DNA of 32,000 nucleotides from Coprobacillaceae bacterium (GTDB taxonomy: Bacteria > Bacillota_I > Bacilli_A > Erysipelotrichales > Coprobacillaceae), in the NCBI GenBank assembly GCA_963675915.1, contig OY780959.1:1290001-1322000 (forward strand). Reading direction: 5' to 3'. Positions 10,968 to 18,836 of the stretch are shown here, piece after piece; within the stretch, counting starts at the first letter, position 1, and the number at the start of each line of letters is the position of its first letter. The position numbers were made by a program, and so were the translations under genes. The notes below the pieces were generated by a model that worked only from the letters and a program-made list of their open reading frames with translations, was not told where the DNA came from and did not search any database.

Positions 10968-11855
10968 CTATTCTTCGCTGATTTGGGTCAGCGGGGTACT
11001 TCTGGTACTTTCGAAGATTCGGGAATTGGTGGTTTTGTAGACCAGATTTTCATGGTAGTTCTTTTTGAAATAGCAGGCAAAAAGCACATTGAAGATCAGT
11101 AAGATCGACTGTTCAGTCGCAAATGAGGCAATCTTGGTATAGAGCCGCTCCCGTGATGAGATGGTGAAAACACAGTCGGCATTCTTAGAGATATAATTAT
11201 CGCCAACACTGGTGATTCCAATCATTTGGACGTTAGCTTTTTTGAGAATATCGATATACTTCATCGGTTCAAAAGCGGTATTGTTGCCCGAATAAGAAAT
11301 GATGATGGCGCAGTCATCCTTGGTCAGGATGGTTGAAAGCATGCCTAGTTCCCCCAGTTCGCCGACAATGATGTTGATTCCGATACTTAAAAACTTCCAC
11401 CGCAGCGTCTGGGCGTAGTAGGAGTTGGGCTTGATGCCAAACAGGACCACCCGGCGGGCTTTTTCAATCATGATCATCGCTTTTTCCAGGTTTTTTTCCT
11501 GAATGAGGTGCGAAGTGTCGAGGATGCTTTCGATCTGCATCCTGGCAAGCTTGTCAATCACTTCCCGGTAGCTGTCTTTTTTGGTAAAGGGAAAATTGAC
11601 GTCAACCGTGGCCTCGTTGGCTTCCTCATATTTAACCTCTTCGATGATCGCCCGGTTGAAATCCTTCCAGCCCTTGAAACCTAGGGTTTTGGCAAACCGG
11701 ACCAATGTCGATTTGGAGGTGAAAGTCAAATTGGCGATATCATCCATCGTATACTGGTATAAGTGGGCCCTTTCATTCAATAGGAACTCGGCAATGACCT
11801 GTCTGGCATCATGGTATTCCATCATCACCTCTTCGATTCTTTGAAACAAATACAT
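10968..11855 (-). CDS. MurR/RpiR family transcriptional regulator (N-terminal HTH_6, C-terminal SIS domain)
   Basis: The ORF track begins at a TTG (11897). I prefer ATG 11855 because MYLFQRIEEVMMEYHDARQVIAEFLLNE aligns residue-for-residue with the canonical MurR/RpiR N-terminus (MNLLEKIQ...S.SE.KVAEVIL). STLVRFAKTLGFKGWKDF is the HTH. The C-terminal half is SIS-like (VVLFGIKPNSYYAQ...IIISYSGN). Confidence 0.88.
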   Translation of the reverse strand: MYLFQRIEEVMMEYHDARQVIAEFLLNERAHLYQYTMDDIANLTFTSKSTLVRFAKTLGFKGWKDFNRAIIEEVKYEEANEATVDVNFPFTKKDSYREVIDKLARMQIESILDTSHLIQEKNLEKAMIMIEKARRVVLFGIKPNSYYAQTLRWKFLSIGINIIVGELGELGMLSTILTKDDCAIIISYSGNNTAFEPMKYIDILKKANVQMIGITSVGDNYISKNADCVFTISSRERLYTKIASFATEQSILLIFNVLFACYFKKNYHENLVYKTTNSRIFESTRSTPLTQISEE

Positions 11856-11941
11856 AGCGCACCAACTTTCTTGAAAATTTCTTTTGATATTTGTCAATAT
11901 TATATCATATCTCCACCAACCTGATAACCTTCACTTATATT

Positions 11942-11977
11942 AAAAAGTTCCTGGTCAGCTATAACCAAGAACTTTTT
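11942..11977 (-). terminator. Bidirectional-looking rho-independent terminator downstream of the DUF2892 gene
   Basis: 10-bp stem (11946-11955 / 11964-11973) with one mismatched position and an 8-nt loop. It is flanked by A5 on one side and T5 on the other. Confidence 0.7.
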
Positions 11978-12003
11978 AAATTATTATTTGTGACTGATCC
12001 CGG

Positions 12004-12195
12004 CTACTTTTTGCGGGTATCAATTTTAAAAGGAAGGTAAATCAGGCAGATTCCGGTTACTCCGGTTATCAAAACGATAACCCCAAGCAAAGAAATCCAG
12101 CGCCAATTGCCATCCAGGATGAAAAACAGTGACAAAAACGCCAAGCCTAAAACAACCCGGATAATCCGATCGGTTTTTCCTTCATTCTTTTTCAT
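12004..12195 (-). CDS. DUF2892 (YgaP-like) small membrane protein
   Basis: 63 aa with two TM helices. The DRIIRVVLGL...ITGVTGICLIY pattern matches the DUF2892 signature (DR..R...G ... TG..G.CP.Y). GGAGGTG SD lies upstream. Confidence 0.75.
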   Translation of the reverse strand: MKKNEGKTDRIIRVVLGLAFLSLFFILDGNWRWISLLGVIVLITGVTGICLIYLPFKIDTRKK

Positions 12196-12364
12196 AATAG
12201 CACCTCCAAGCCATTGAATATACTCCGTGAATTTAGAACCTATTGAATATTATTATGTATTTTCATACTCTTATTCTAATCTCATTGAGGTGTTTTTTCA
12301 AATCAGGTGCTCATTATTAACGCAACTTGGCTGATTCATCTAGAAATTGTTTTCCGCTCCTGGC

Positions 12365-14146
12365 TCAGGACTCCTGATTTGTCGCTTTGGCCATCAGCTC
12401 GGCCATTTCCTGGAGTGACTCTTCAATCAGCAAAGCCAATCGTTCCAGCTGATCCTTGATTTTGGTTCGCGCCACCATATTGAATGTGAACGACTCATTA
12501 TCTTTAAGATATCTAATCGCAAATCCGGCCTCGACCACTGGACCATAACCAACCAGATCGACCCCCTGGGCCGCCGTGGTGCTGGTACAGATTGTACTGT
12601 GGGTCAGTTTTTGATATCCCGCATCCTGGAAAAACTCCGGTATCCCGGTAATCCCCAGTTCTTCCCCATGGATGTTGGCCATTTTCAAAAGGGCGAAAAG
12701 GTGCGAGTCAATTCCCTGGCCTTCACGACATTGAGCCAGTCGGGAAACCTGTTTTCCTGCGGCTGTGCGCAGCAAATCAATTCGTTTGGCATCATCAACT
12801 GATTCATCCATCATGCTTTTGACAAATGCCAGCGACTCATTCGAGATACAATGGGATACTTCGATCCGGCCAAAGAGATACTTTCTGGCCATTACCGCTT
12901 CATACTGGCTGTGACAGTAGCCAAACAGCTTGTACTGGGCCAGCTGCATCGCCAACTGGACGAAGGCATCGGGACTAACCTTGAAAGTCTTGACCAGTCC
13001 ATTACCAAACTTTTCAAAGCGAACAACCTTGATTGAAAAATCCGCTGCGTATTGATCCAGTTCGCAATCACGCTTTTTGATTACTTCCCTGATTGAATCA
13101 GGCAAGACAAAATCATTACGCTCGCGTCGAGCCAAATCGCCATCCAGGATATCGCCTAGATATGACTGGATATTATTATATATATATTTGTTCATATTGG
13201 TGATTACCGATCCGTCAAATCCGGTATGTTCGAGATTAAGTCCGATTTTGTTGTTATTAGTCACGATAAACTGGAGCGCCTTGTCGAACCAGCGGTTGCG
13301 GCCGTTGGCATGCAAGAAATGCGCCAGGCATTCTTCCTTGGTCGTTGGAGCGAGGTTATCAAGACAAAGGACAAAGATAGCGCTGTCGATGGCATGAAGC
13401 AATTTGCGGTTGGACTCACTATAATTTTCCATTTCACCTCTGGCATCGGCCCACTGGTCCCGATCCATGGTCGTCAACAATCCGACTTTTTCATCAGATT
13501 CCAGTTCGGTCTCCTCAAGAATCTGGCGCAATGTCGCTTCAATCCGGTTAAACGGTTTGATTTCTCCGTCCGGGGTCAGGACATCAACCGAGAAGATATG
13601 ACCGCGGTTAAGTACGGCGATATGCCGGGAATTCTGCGTTTTGAAGAATTCATCTTTGCCCGGTTTGGGAATCCGGCTGGTCATAAACAGATTGGTATAT
13701 TGTTTCATGCACAACGGCTCTCCCCGCTGCGTTTCGACTGGCAGGGTTTCACTGTCAATCAACTCCTTAAAATTAAGAACCGTCAGTGTCAAGGCAGTCG
13801 CCGCAGCTGATTGGCTGGCTGCCACTATTTCCGGCATATCCTCAAGCAGGTAGAAAACATTGCTGTTGATGGGGAGTGGTACCCTTGAATCCAGATAGAT
13901 ATCATACCAGAGCGGTTCGGTCCAGTTGACCAGATTCTCGGTTTTAACCCAGTCAATCAAAGCTTGTTGCAGTTTGGGACCCCATCCCTCTGCGCTCAAA
14001 AAGCGCTCGGTAATTTTTTTGGTTTTTTCATATTCATCCGCGCTAAGTAGCGGCTCGACCCATTCCAGAAAACTGGTTCCGGTATCTTCAAGATCCGGGA
14101 TTGGTCTGATAATAAGTTCATTTTGGTATTTAAAAGTTTTTTCCAT
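12365..14146 (-). CDS. Choline/carnitine O-acyltransferase family protein (PF00755-like)
   Basis: 593 aa. The catalytic-His motif LNLEHTGFDGS matches EH(S/T)xxDG. The C-terminal TSTTAAQGVDLVGYGPVVEAGFAIRY matches the STS...GFGPVVPDGYGIGY block of carnitine/choline acyltransferases. AAGGAGA SD precedes the ATG. Confidence 0.85.
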   Translation of the reverse strand: MEKTFKYQNELIIRPIPDLEDTGTSFLEWVEPLLSADEYEKTKKITERFLSAEGWGPKLQQALIDWVKTENLVNWTEPLWYDIYLDSRVPLPINSNVFYLLEDMPEIVAASQSAAATALTLTVLNFKELIDSETLPVETQRGEPLCMKQYTNLFMTSRIPKPGKDEFFKTQNSRHIAVLNRGHIFSVDVLTPDGEIKPFNRIEATLRQILEETELESDEKVGLLTTMDRDQWADARGEMENYSESNRKLLHAIDSAIFVLCLDNLAPTTKEECLAHFLHANGRNRWFDKALQFIVTNNNKIGLNLEHTGFDGSVITNMNKYIYNNIQSYLGDILDGDLARRERNDFVLPDSIREVIKKRDCELDQYAADFSIKVVRFEKFGNGLVKTFKVSPDAFVQLAMQLAQYKLFGYCHSQYEAVMARKYLFGRIEVSHCISNESLAFVKSMMDESVDDAKRIDLLRTAAGKQVSRLAQCREGQGIDSHLFALLKMANIHGEELGITGIPEFFQDAGYQKLTHSTICTSTTAAQGVDLVGYGPVVEAGFAIRYLKDNESFTFNMVARTKIKDQLERLALLIEESLQEMAELMAKATNQES

Positions 14147-14352
14147 TCGATCTCCTTTACATTAAAATTGAATATTAATCCAGGATGACTTGAATCATAA
14201 ATGAATTACGCGGTTTATAATGTTCAAACGCCTATTTTCATCTTCGATTTTCGCCCCCCTGGGACAATGATATTTGCCTTTAAATCCCAGTCGCCTATAT
14301 GACTCAGGCCTAGATTAATGACCGTTGCGGTCCTTGTTTGGGCAAATATACT
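14147..14352 (-). promoter_or_regulatory. Long (about 205 nt) 5' leader of the acyltransferase gene with crossing helices; candidate cis-regulatory RNA of unknown class
   Basis: On the minus strand, AUAUUUGCC (14349-14341) pairs perfectly with GGCAAAUAU (14278-14270) and encloses 62 nt that include a GACCG-CAA-CGGUC hairpin (14320-14332). CUGGGA (14290-14285) can pair with UCCCAG (14264-14259), crossing the first helix. Confidence 0.3.
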
Positions 14353-14358
14353 TTTTCT

Positions 14359-14387
14359 ATTGTACCATATCTACAAAAACAACACAA
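14359..14387 (-). promoter_or_regulatory. Candidate sigma-A promoter of the acyltransferase gene (TTGTGT-17 bp-TGgTACAAT)
   Basis: On the minus strand: -35 TTGTGT (14387-14382), a 17-nt spacer, and an extended -10 TGGTACAAT (14367-14359). Confidence 0.5.
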
Positions 14388-14484
14388 TTTTGCCCGGTTT
14401 CCAACTGCTCCCTCGCTAATTGCCGCCCCTTTTTACCCGTTTCGCTTCGCCGATTTAAAGAGCAGCTGGTTTGAAAAGTTAAGT

Positions 14485-14514
14485 TAAAAAAAGACGAACC
14501 GGGAAGTTCGTCTC
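14485..14514 (-). terminator. Rho-independent terminator downstream of the MerR-family gene
   Basis: 8-bp stem AGACGAAC / GTTCGTCT (14492-14499 / 14506-14513) with a 6-nt loop, followed on the minus strand by T7. Confidence 0.85.
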
Positions 14515-14531
14515 ATGATGCTGCATCTATT

Positions 14532-14963
14532 TTAGTCGGATTGATCGCGGTTCTTTTGAGCCTCCATCGCCCGGGCTTTTTTCCGGAATTCTTTTTCCGA
14601 GTCGGTGGTCATCGCTTGTTCACTTAAAAATAAAATACGGTCAAGTTCCTCTATTGCCTGATCCAGCTCATGTCTTTTTCGCTCGAGATTCTCGCGCTGC
14701 TCAAGAAGCATCCCGTGCCTGACATTCATGGTGGATTCGCCTTCAATGAACAGATACATGAAGCGTTTGATGTCTTTGATTTGCATCCCGGATTTCTTGA
14801 AAACCTGGATCATCCTGATTATCTCCAAATCGATATCATAGAAAACCCGATAGCCCGACTCCTTCCTTTTGAGATTGGGCAACAGGCCTTCTTTGTCATA
14901 ATATCTAAGCGTATTGATTGATAATCCGGTGATCTTTGCCACTTCCTTGATTGAATAGCCCAT
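14532..14963 (-). CDS. MerR family transcriptional regulator
   Basis: 143 aa. The N-terminus YSIKEVAKITGLSINTLRYYDKEGLLP...SGYRVFYDIDLEIIRMIQVFKKSGMQIKDIK is the canonical MerR HTH plus wing, followed by a coiled-coil dimerisation helix. GGAGG SD lies upstream. Confidence 0.92.
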   Translation of the reverse strand: MGYSIKEVAKITGLSINTLRYYDKEGLLPNLKRKESGYRVFYDIDLEIIRMIQVFKKSGMQIKDIKRFMYLFIEGESTMNVRHGMLLEQRENLERKRHELDQAIEELDRILFLSEQAMTTDSEKEFRKKARAMEAQKNRDQSD

Positions 14964-15081
14964 TGGTTCCGGCCTCCTTTTGAAGATTAGTTAGTCGATA
15001 ACAACCCTTTACTTATTTAAATATATCATATTTGTCTCACTGAATAAACGAAATGCCAATCAAGGTCACTGCCGTCAAGTT

Positions 15082-15113
15082 CAAAAAAAGCCCGGCATCT
15101 TAGACGGCGGACT
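15082..15113 (-). terminator. Probable rho-independent terminator downstream of the bicupin gene
   Basis: On the minus strand, GUCCGCC...GCCGGGC forms an imperfect GC-rich stem (one G-U, one mismatch) followed by T7 (15083-15089). Confidence 0.45.
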
Positions 15114-15166
15114 TTTGATGGCAATGCAGTAAACTATAGTATCAAGATGCCAAACAGCTCTAGTTA

Positions 15167-16078
15167 TCAAAGACGATTATAGTCGCTTTGACTGACCGCT
15201 TCACACCATTCCAGTTTTCCGTTTTCTCCAGGAATTTCCACCGCAATGTGAGAGAACCAGCTGTCTTTTTTCGCTCCATGCCAGTGTTTGACTTCGGCTG
15301 GAATATAGACAACCGATCCGGCTTCCAGACTGATTGGCTCTTCGCCTTCGGCCTGGTACCATCCTTCACCGACAGTACAAACCAGAATTTGACCACCATT
15401 CTTGGTCGCGTGGTGGATATGCCAGTTATTCGAACAACCAGGCTCGAAATTGACATTGGCACAGAATAAAGGTACTTTCCCCGGTCTGGTCAACATTCTC
15501 AAGTATGAGCGGCCACTGAAATATTTACCCAGCGGTAGGTTGTAAATTCCGGTTCCAAACATATTGGCCGCCTTGAATTGTTTTTTATCGGTATATTTGC
15601 TTTCATTCCCCATTGGGATGAAGCTTTTTTTGTTTGGCTTGGCTTTAAGGGGGTTGTAGTGTTCATCCTCAACCGGTTCCAGCCATTCAGTTGAAGTTTC
15701 AACTCCCAAGGCTTCAACAGCAATGTGAGAAAACCAGCTGTCTTTTTTGGCACCGTGCCAATGTTTTACTCCCGCTGGAATGTAAATGAATGATCCCTCA
15801 GTCAGGCTGACTGGCTTTTTGCCTGCTTCTTGGTACCATCCTTCCCCAGCGGTACAAATCAGGATCTGTCCCCCTCCGCTTTTGGCATGATGGATATGCC
15901 AGTTGTTGCGACAGCCCGGTTCAAAAGTCACATTGGCCATAAAAACCGGTGACTCTTCCGGATTGGTCAGGGGTTTCAGGAATGAATCACCAGTAAAATA
16001 TTGGCCAAACATTTCATTGGGAAACCCAAAACCGAATTTGTTTACATGTTCGAATTGAATCTTGTTTAAGTATCTCAT
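15167..16078 (-). CDS. Tandem (bi)cupin domain protein
   Basis: 303 aa with two near-identical cupin units. One is FEPGCRNNWHIHHAKSGGGQILICTAGEGWYQ...IPAGVKHWHGAKKDSWFSHIAVE. The other is FEPGCSNNWHIHHATKNGGQILVCTVGEGWYQ...IPAEVKHWHGAKKDSWFSHIAVE. Both have the cupin metal-site pattern H.H...G ... H. Confidence 0.88.
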   Translation of the reverse strand: MRYLNKIQFEHVNKFGFGFPNEMFGQYFTGDSFLKPLTNPEESPVFMANVTFEPGCRNNWHIHHAKSGGGQILICTAGEGWYQEAGKKPVSLTEGSFIYIPAGVKHWHGAKKDSWFSHIAVEALGVETSTEWLEPVEDEHYNPLKAKPNKKSFIPMGNESKYTDKKQFKAANMFGTGIYNLPLGKYFSGRSYLRMLTRPGKVPLFCANVNFEPGCSNNWHIHHATKNGGQILVCTVGEGWYQAEGEEPISLEAGSVVYIPAEVKHWHGAKKDSWFSHIAVEIPGENGKLEWCEAVSQSDYNRL

Positions 16079-16152
16079 ATTTCGTCCTCACTTTTCATTG
16101 ATATATTCAAAGATTTTTGGCCTAAAGCCAGTTATTTCATATTTATGGCTTG

Positions 16153-16183
16153 ATTATAACCCTAGAGTCAACTCGAGAGTCAA
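16153..16183 (-). promoter_or_regulatory. MerR-type promoter/operator upstream of the bicupin gene (TTGACT-19 bp-TATAAT with dyad in the spacer)
   Basis: On the minus strand: -35 TTGACT (16183-16178), a 19-bp spacer, and -10 TATAAT (16158-16153). The region CCCTTGACTCTCGAGTTGACTCTAGGG contains an imperfect dyad (CCCT.GA.TC ... GA.TC.AGGG) and a TTGACTCT direct repeat. An over-long spacer with a dyad is the classic MerR-activated promoter geometry. Confidence 0.6.
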
Positions 16184-16264
16184 GGGTTTTATGAAAAAAT
16201 CATTATAATCGGAATGATCATTTCTATCACGGTTTGCTTTAATTGCATCAGCGTACTTTTTAAT

Positions 16265-16300
16265 GAAAAAAAACTGATTTTAAATTTTCTAAAATCAGTT
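16265..16300 (-). terminator. Rho-independent terminator downstream of the 155-aa membrane protein gene
   Basis: Perfect 10-bp stem ACTGATTTTA / TAAAATCAGT (16273-16282 / 16290-16299) with a 7-nt loop, followed on the minus strand by a T7-8 run. Confidence 0.8.
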
Positions 16301-16423
16301 TGTCTCAATTCAATTTTTTGATGGCTATATTATCTTGCCACCAGTCTTGTTTAGCTAAAAAGCTTGAAAATTCAGGTAAGGGAATAAAAATTAAAATCAT
16401 TTTCGACTCTAGCAGTTGTCTTA

Positions 16424-16891
16424 TCAGATAAAAAGCATCAACATCATCATGATTCCGCCAAATATCACAATCACACTCATTGCCCCGGCCCAGTAAATAC
16501 CGGGCAGTTTTTTGGCTCTAATATATAGCGGAGTGCCAATAATAATTGCTGCCAGGATAATATAAAATGGGATTCCAAAATTGAGGGACATCGTCACAAC
16601 CATTATCAGCATGATGTTGGCCATCATGAAAACGGCCAGGAATATTGCCTTGGCTCCATCGGATAATTTCGATTTGAATATCTTAAGTCCCGCCAACCAA
16701 ACAACCAGAAAGCTCACAGCCATCACAGCGAAAAAGAAACCATAGTTTCGATAGATAGTACCTTCATCATCAAATCCCAGAATCCCCCAATAAAGTGCCA
16801 CGCCGGCAATAAAGACAAAGAAAATTGCAAAACAGCTTAAGATAAAAACCGCGCTACGCGAAAGGCCCTTTTTTTCAGATTTTACTTTCAT
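16424..16891 (-). CDS. Hypothetical integral membrane protein (4-5 predicted TM helices)
   Basis: 155 aa and strongly hydrophobic, with a short basic N-terminus (MKVKSEKKGLSR). GGAGG SD lies upstream and the gene has its own terminator. I do not recognise the family. Confidence 0.6.
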   Translation of the reverse strand: MKVKSEKKGLSRSAVFILSCFAIFFVFIAGVALYWGILGFDDEGTIYRNYGFFFAVMAVSFLVVWLAGLKIFKSKLSDGAKAIFLAVFMMANIMLIMVVTMSLNFGIPFYIILAAIIIGTPLYIRAKKLPGIYWAGAMSVIVIFGGIMMMLMLFI

Positions 16892-17122
16892 TGTGTTTAC
16901 CTCCTTCCATAACGATGATGGCGTAAAATAGCTTCGAATGCTACCAATAAATGTAGATAAACATCGATTGTCAAGTCCGGTTAATCAAGATGATGCGATC
17001 TTAACCGCCTCTTTACAAGCGTTGTTCTGTCTTATCGTCAAATCATAAATAAAATTGTTCTTACCTAGCCTGTTTAAGGATATTTAAACCATTGCCTATT
17101 TGTCAGAGCGCTCCTCTAAATT

Positions 17123-17608
17123 TCAAAGATCAATGTCCTTGAGCCATGAATCCAGTTGTTGCCCGGGGAGAGAACTGTGAAACACTTTGGCCTTTTTCCA
17201 AGCTGTTGCTTCAGGACAGATGGATTTAAGATGTTGCTCGGTCTGACCCAAACCGCTGCTACCCGATGTCGCAAACGGAATAACTGTCTTCCCGGAAAAA
17301 TCATAGTTTTCCATAAAAGTGCTGATGATTCCCGGAGGGATATACCACCAAATCGGCGAACCGACAAAGACGGTGTCATATTTATCGAAATCATCCACCT
17401 GACCGCTTATCGAAGGACGGAAATCAGGATCTTTTTTTTCAACGGAACTTCGGGAATTGTTGTCGCGCCAATTAAGATCAGCCGCAGTATACAAGACTTC
17501 CGGAACTATTTCAAAAAGGTCTCCGCCAACCAGCTCAGCAATTCTTTGGGCAACCATTTTTGTCGTTCCGGTACAAGAAAAATAGGCAACCAAAATATTT
17601 TTACTCAT
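17123..17608 (-). CDS. Flavodoxin family protein (short FMN-binding, Flavodoxin_4-like)
   Basis: 161 aa. The N-terminal ILVAYFSCTGTTKMVAQ is the flavodoxin phosphate-binding loop (YfS.tG.T). A VFVGSPIWW... block follows. GGAGGAG SD lies upstream. Confidence 0.85.
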   Translation of the reverse strand: MSKNILVAYFSCTGTTKMVAQRIAELVGGDLFEIVPEVLYTAADLNWRDNNSRSSVEKKDPDFRPSISGQVDDFDKYDTVFVGSPIWWYIPPGIISTFMENYDFSGKTVIPFATSGSSGLGQTEQHLKSICPEATAWKKAKVFHSSLPGQQLDSWLKDIDL

Positions 17609-17779
17609 TCAATCTCCTCCATTCATGAGAAACTATTATTTCACTAGCGCCAATTAAATTAACTACTCAAATTATACCACCATCTTGATTTATTTACCAT
17701 TCTTTATGACAATGGTGAGTTTTTGCACTCGAATTTGAAATTGACAAAGCATAAATATAGTCATCCATCTAAATCCAAA

Positions 17780-17810
17780 TAAAAAAGTCGGAATAGAACT
17801 CCGACTTTTG
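17780..17810 (-). terminator. Rho-independent terminator downstream of the NmrA-like gene
   Basis: 7-bp stem AGTCGGA / TCCGACT (17786-17792 / 17800-17806) with a 7-nt loop, followed on the minus strand by T6. A T4 run on the plus side makes it possibly bidirectional. Confidence 0.8.
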
Positions 17811-17817
17811 ACTATTT

Positions 17818-18759
17818 TTAGGCGTCGAGACTGTGACGTTCTCCAACTTGGAAATCTTCACTGTTCTCGAACATGTATGATACTGTGATGGCTTTTTGTC
17901 CGGTCAACTCTTCAAAATCAGTTGTGAGGACATCCATTTTGCCTTCACGGATTGCTTGTCCGAACGTAACCATTCCGTCTGAAGAATATGGAGCTTCCGA
18001 ACCTTTCTTGAAGATGCCATCGGTAGTGCGAGGTACGCCCATGGCGTCAAATATTTTGTAGTTTTCTTCATCAGTGATTGCCTGATAAACCACGCTGTTG
18101 CCAGTTGCCTTATTACCATATTCCACGAATTCGCTCATGGTAAGCAATTCCGGACCGTTGATATTCAGGATTTTTTTAGTGTATTTGTCAGTCGCTAAGG
18201 CATATGCTACCGCTTTGGCACAATCTTTGCGGGAAATATAGGCCATTTTCCCTTCTCCTTGGGAATTTTGCATTACTCCTCCCATGGCTACGAAAGTGAA
18301 GTAATTGGTCACCATCGCTTCAGCATATTGAGAATTTCTCAAGAAGATGTAGTCAAGCCCGCTTTCTTCCAGATATTTTTCCGTATAGGCATGATCAATT
18401 TTTTCCACACTTGGATTTGTCTCATCTGCTGCATTTACCAGTGAAGTGTAGATAACCTGCTTCACTCCGGATTTTTTAGCTGCATCGATCACGTTCTTTT
18501 GGGCATTTTGGCGTTTGGCCCCGACAAAAGGCATTGAAATCAAAGCCAGTTTGTCTGCTCCGGCAAATGCTTCTTCAAGACCGTCAATTGCATTGAAGTT
18601 AGTGATATGGGTTTCGATTCCCATGTCCGCATATTCTTTCAATGATTCTGGATTGTAACCGCAAAAAATAACTTGATCTTTAGCAACCAACTCCAGCAGA
18701 TAATCGGCTGCCAATTTCCCAAGATTACCGTCAACTCCGGTTAATAATAGTTTTCCCAT
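17818..18759 (-). CDS. NmrA-like / atypical SDR NAD(P)H-binding oxidoreductase
   Basis: 313 aa. The N-terminal Rossmann motif LLLTGVDGNLGKLAADYL matches TGxxGxxG. Length and overall pattern resemble the NmrA/quinone-reductase-like family. Confidence 0.8.
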   Translation of the reverse strand: MGKLLLTGVDGNLGKLAADYLLELVAKDQVIFCGYNPESLKEYADMGIETHITNFNAIDGLEEAFAGADKLALISMPFVGAKRQNAQKNVIDAAKKSGVKQVIYTSLVNAADETNPSVEKIDHAYTEKYLEESGLDYIFLRNSQYAEAMVTNYFTFVAMGGVMQNSQGEGKMAYISRKDCAKAVAYALATDKYTKKILNINGPELLTMSEFVEYGNKATGNSVVYQAITDEENYKIFDAMGVPRTTDGIFKKGSEAPYSSDGMVTFGQAIREGKMDVLTTDFEELTGQKAITVSYMFENSEDFQVGERHSLDA

Positions 18760-18836
18760 TTTGTTTTCCTCTTTCTTTCATCTAGGTTATATGAAAATAA
18801 TAAATTAATTTTTTCACTAAGTCTAAGCTAAAAAAA

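Noticed and set aside
14147-14352. Attempt to assign the acyltransferase leader to a known riboswitch class. GGACCGCAACGGUC vaguely recalls the GEMM-I GACGCAAAGCC, and CCUGAGUC recalls the TPP CUGAGA.
   Set aside because: The matches are single short words without the rest of the conserved cores. I treat it as unclassified rather than naming a class.
16960-17010. Interrupted hairpin CGGTTAAGAT...ATCTT-GAT-TAACCG upstream of the 155-aa membrane protein gene.
   Set aside because: No U-run follows, so it is not a terminator. It abuts a TTGACA -35-like hexamer and may simply be promoter-proximal sequence. The evidence is insufficient.
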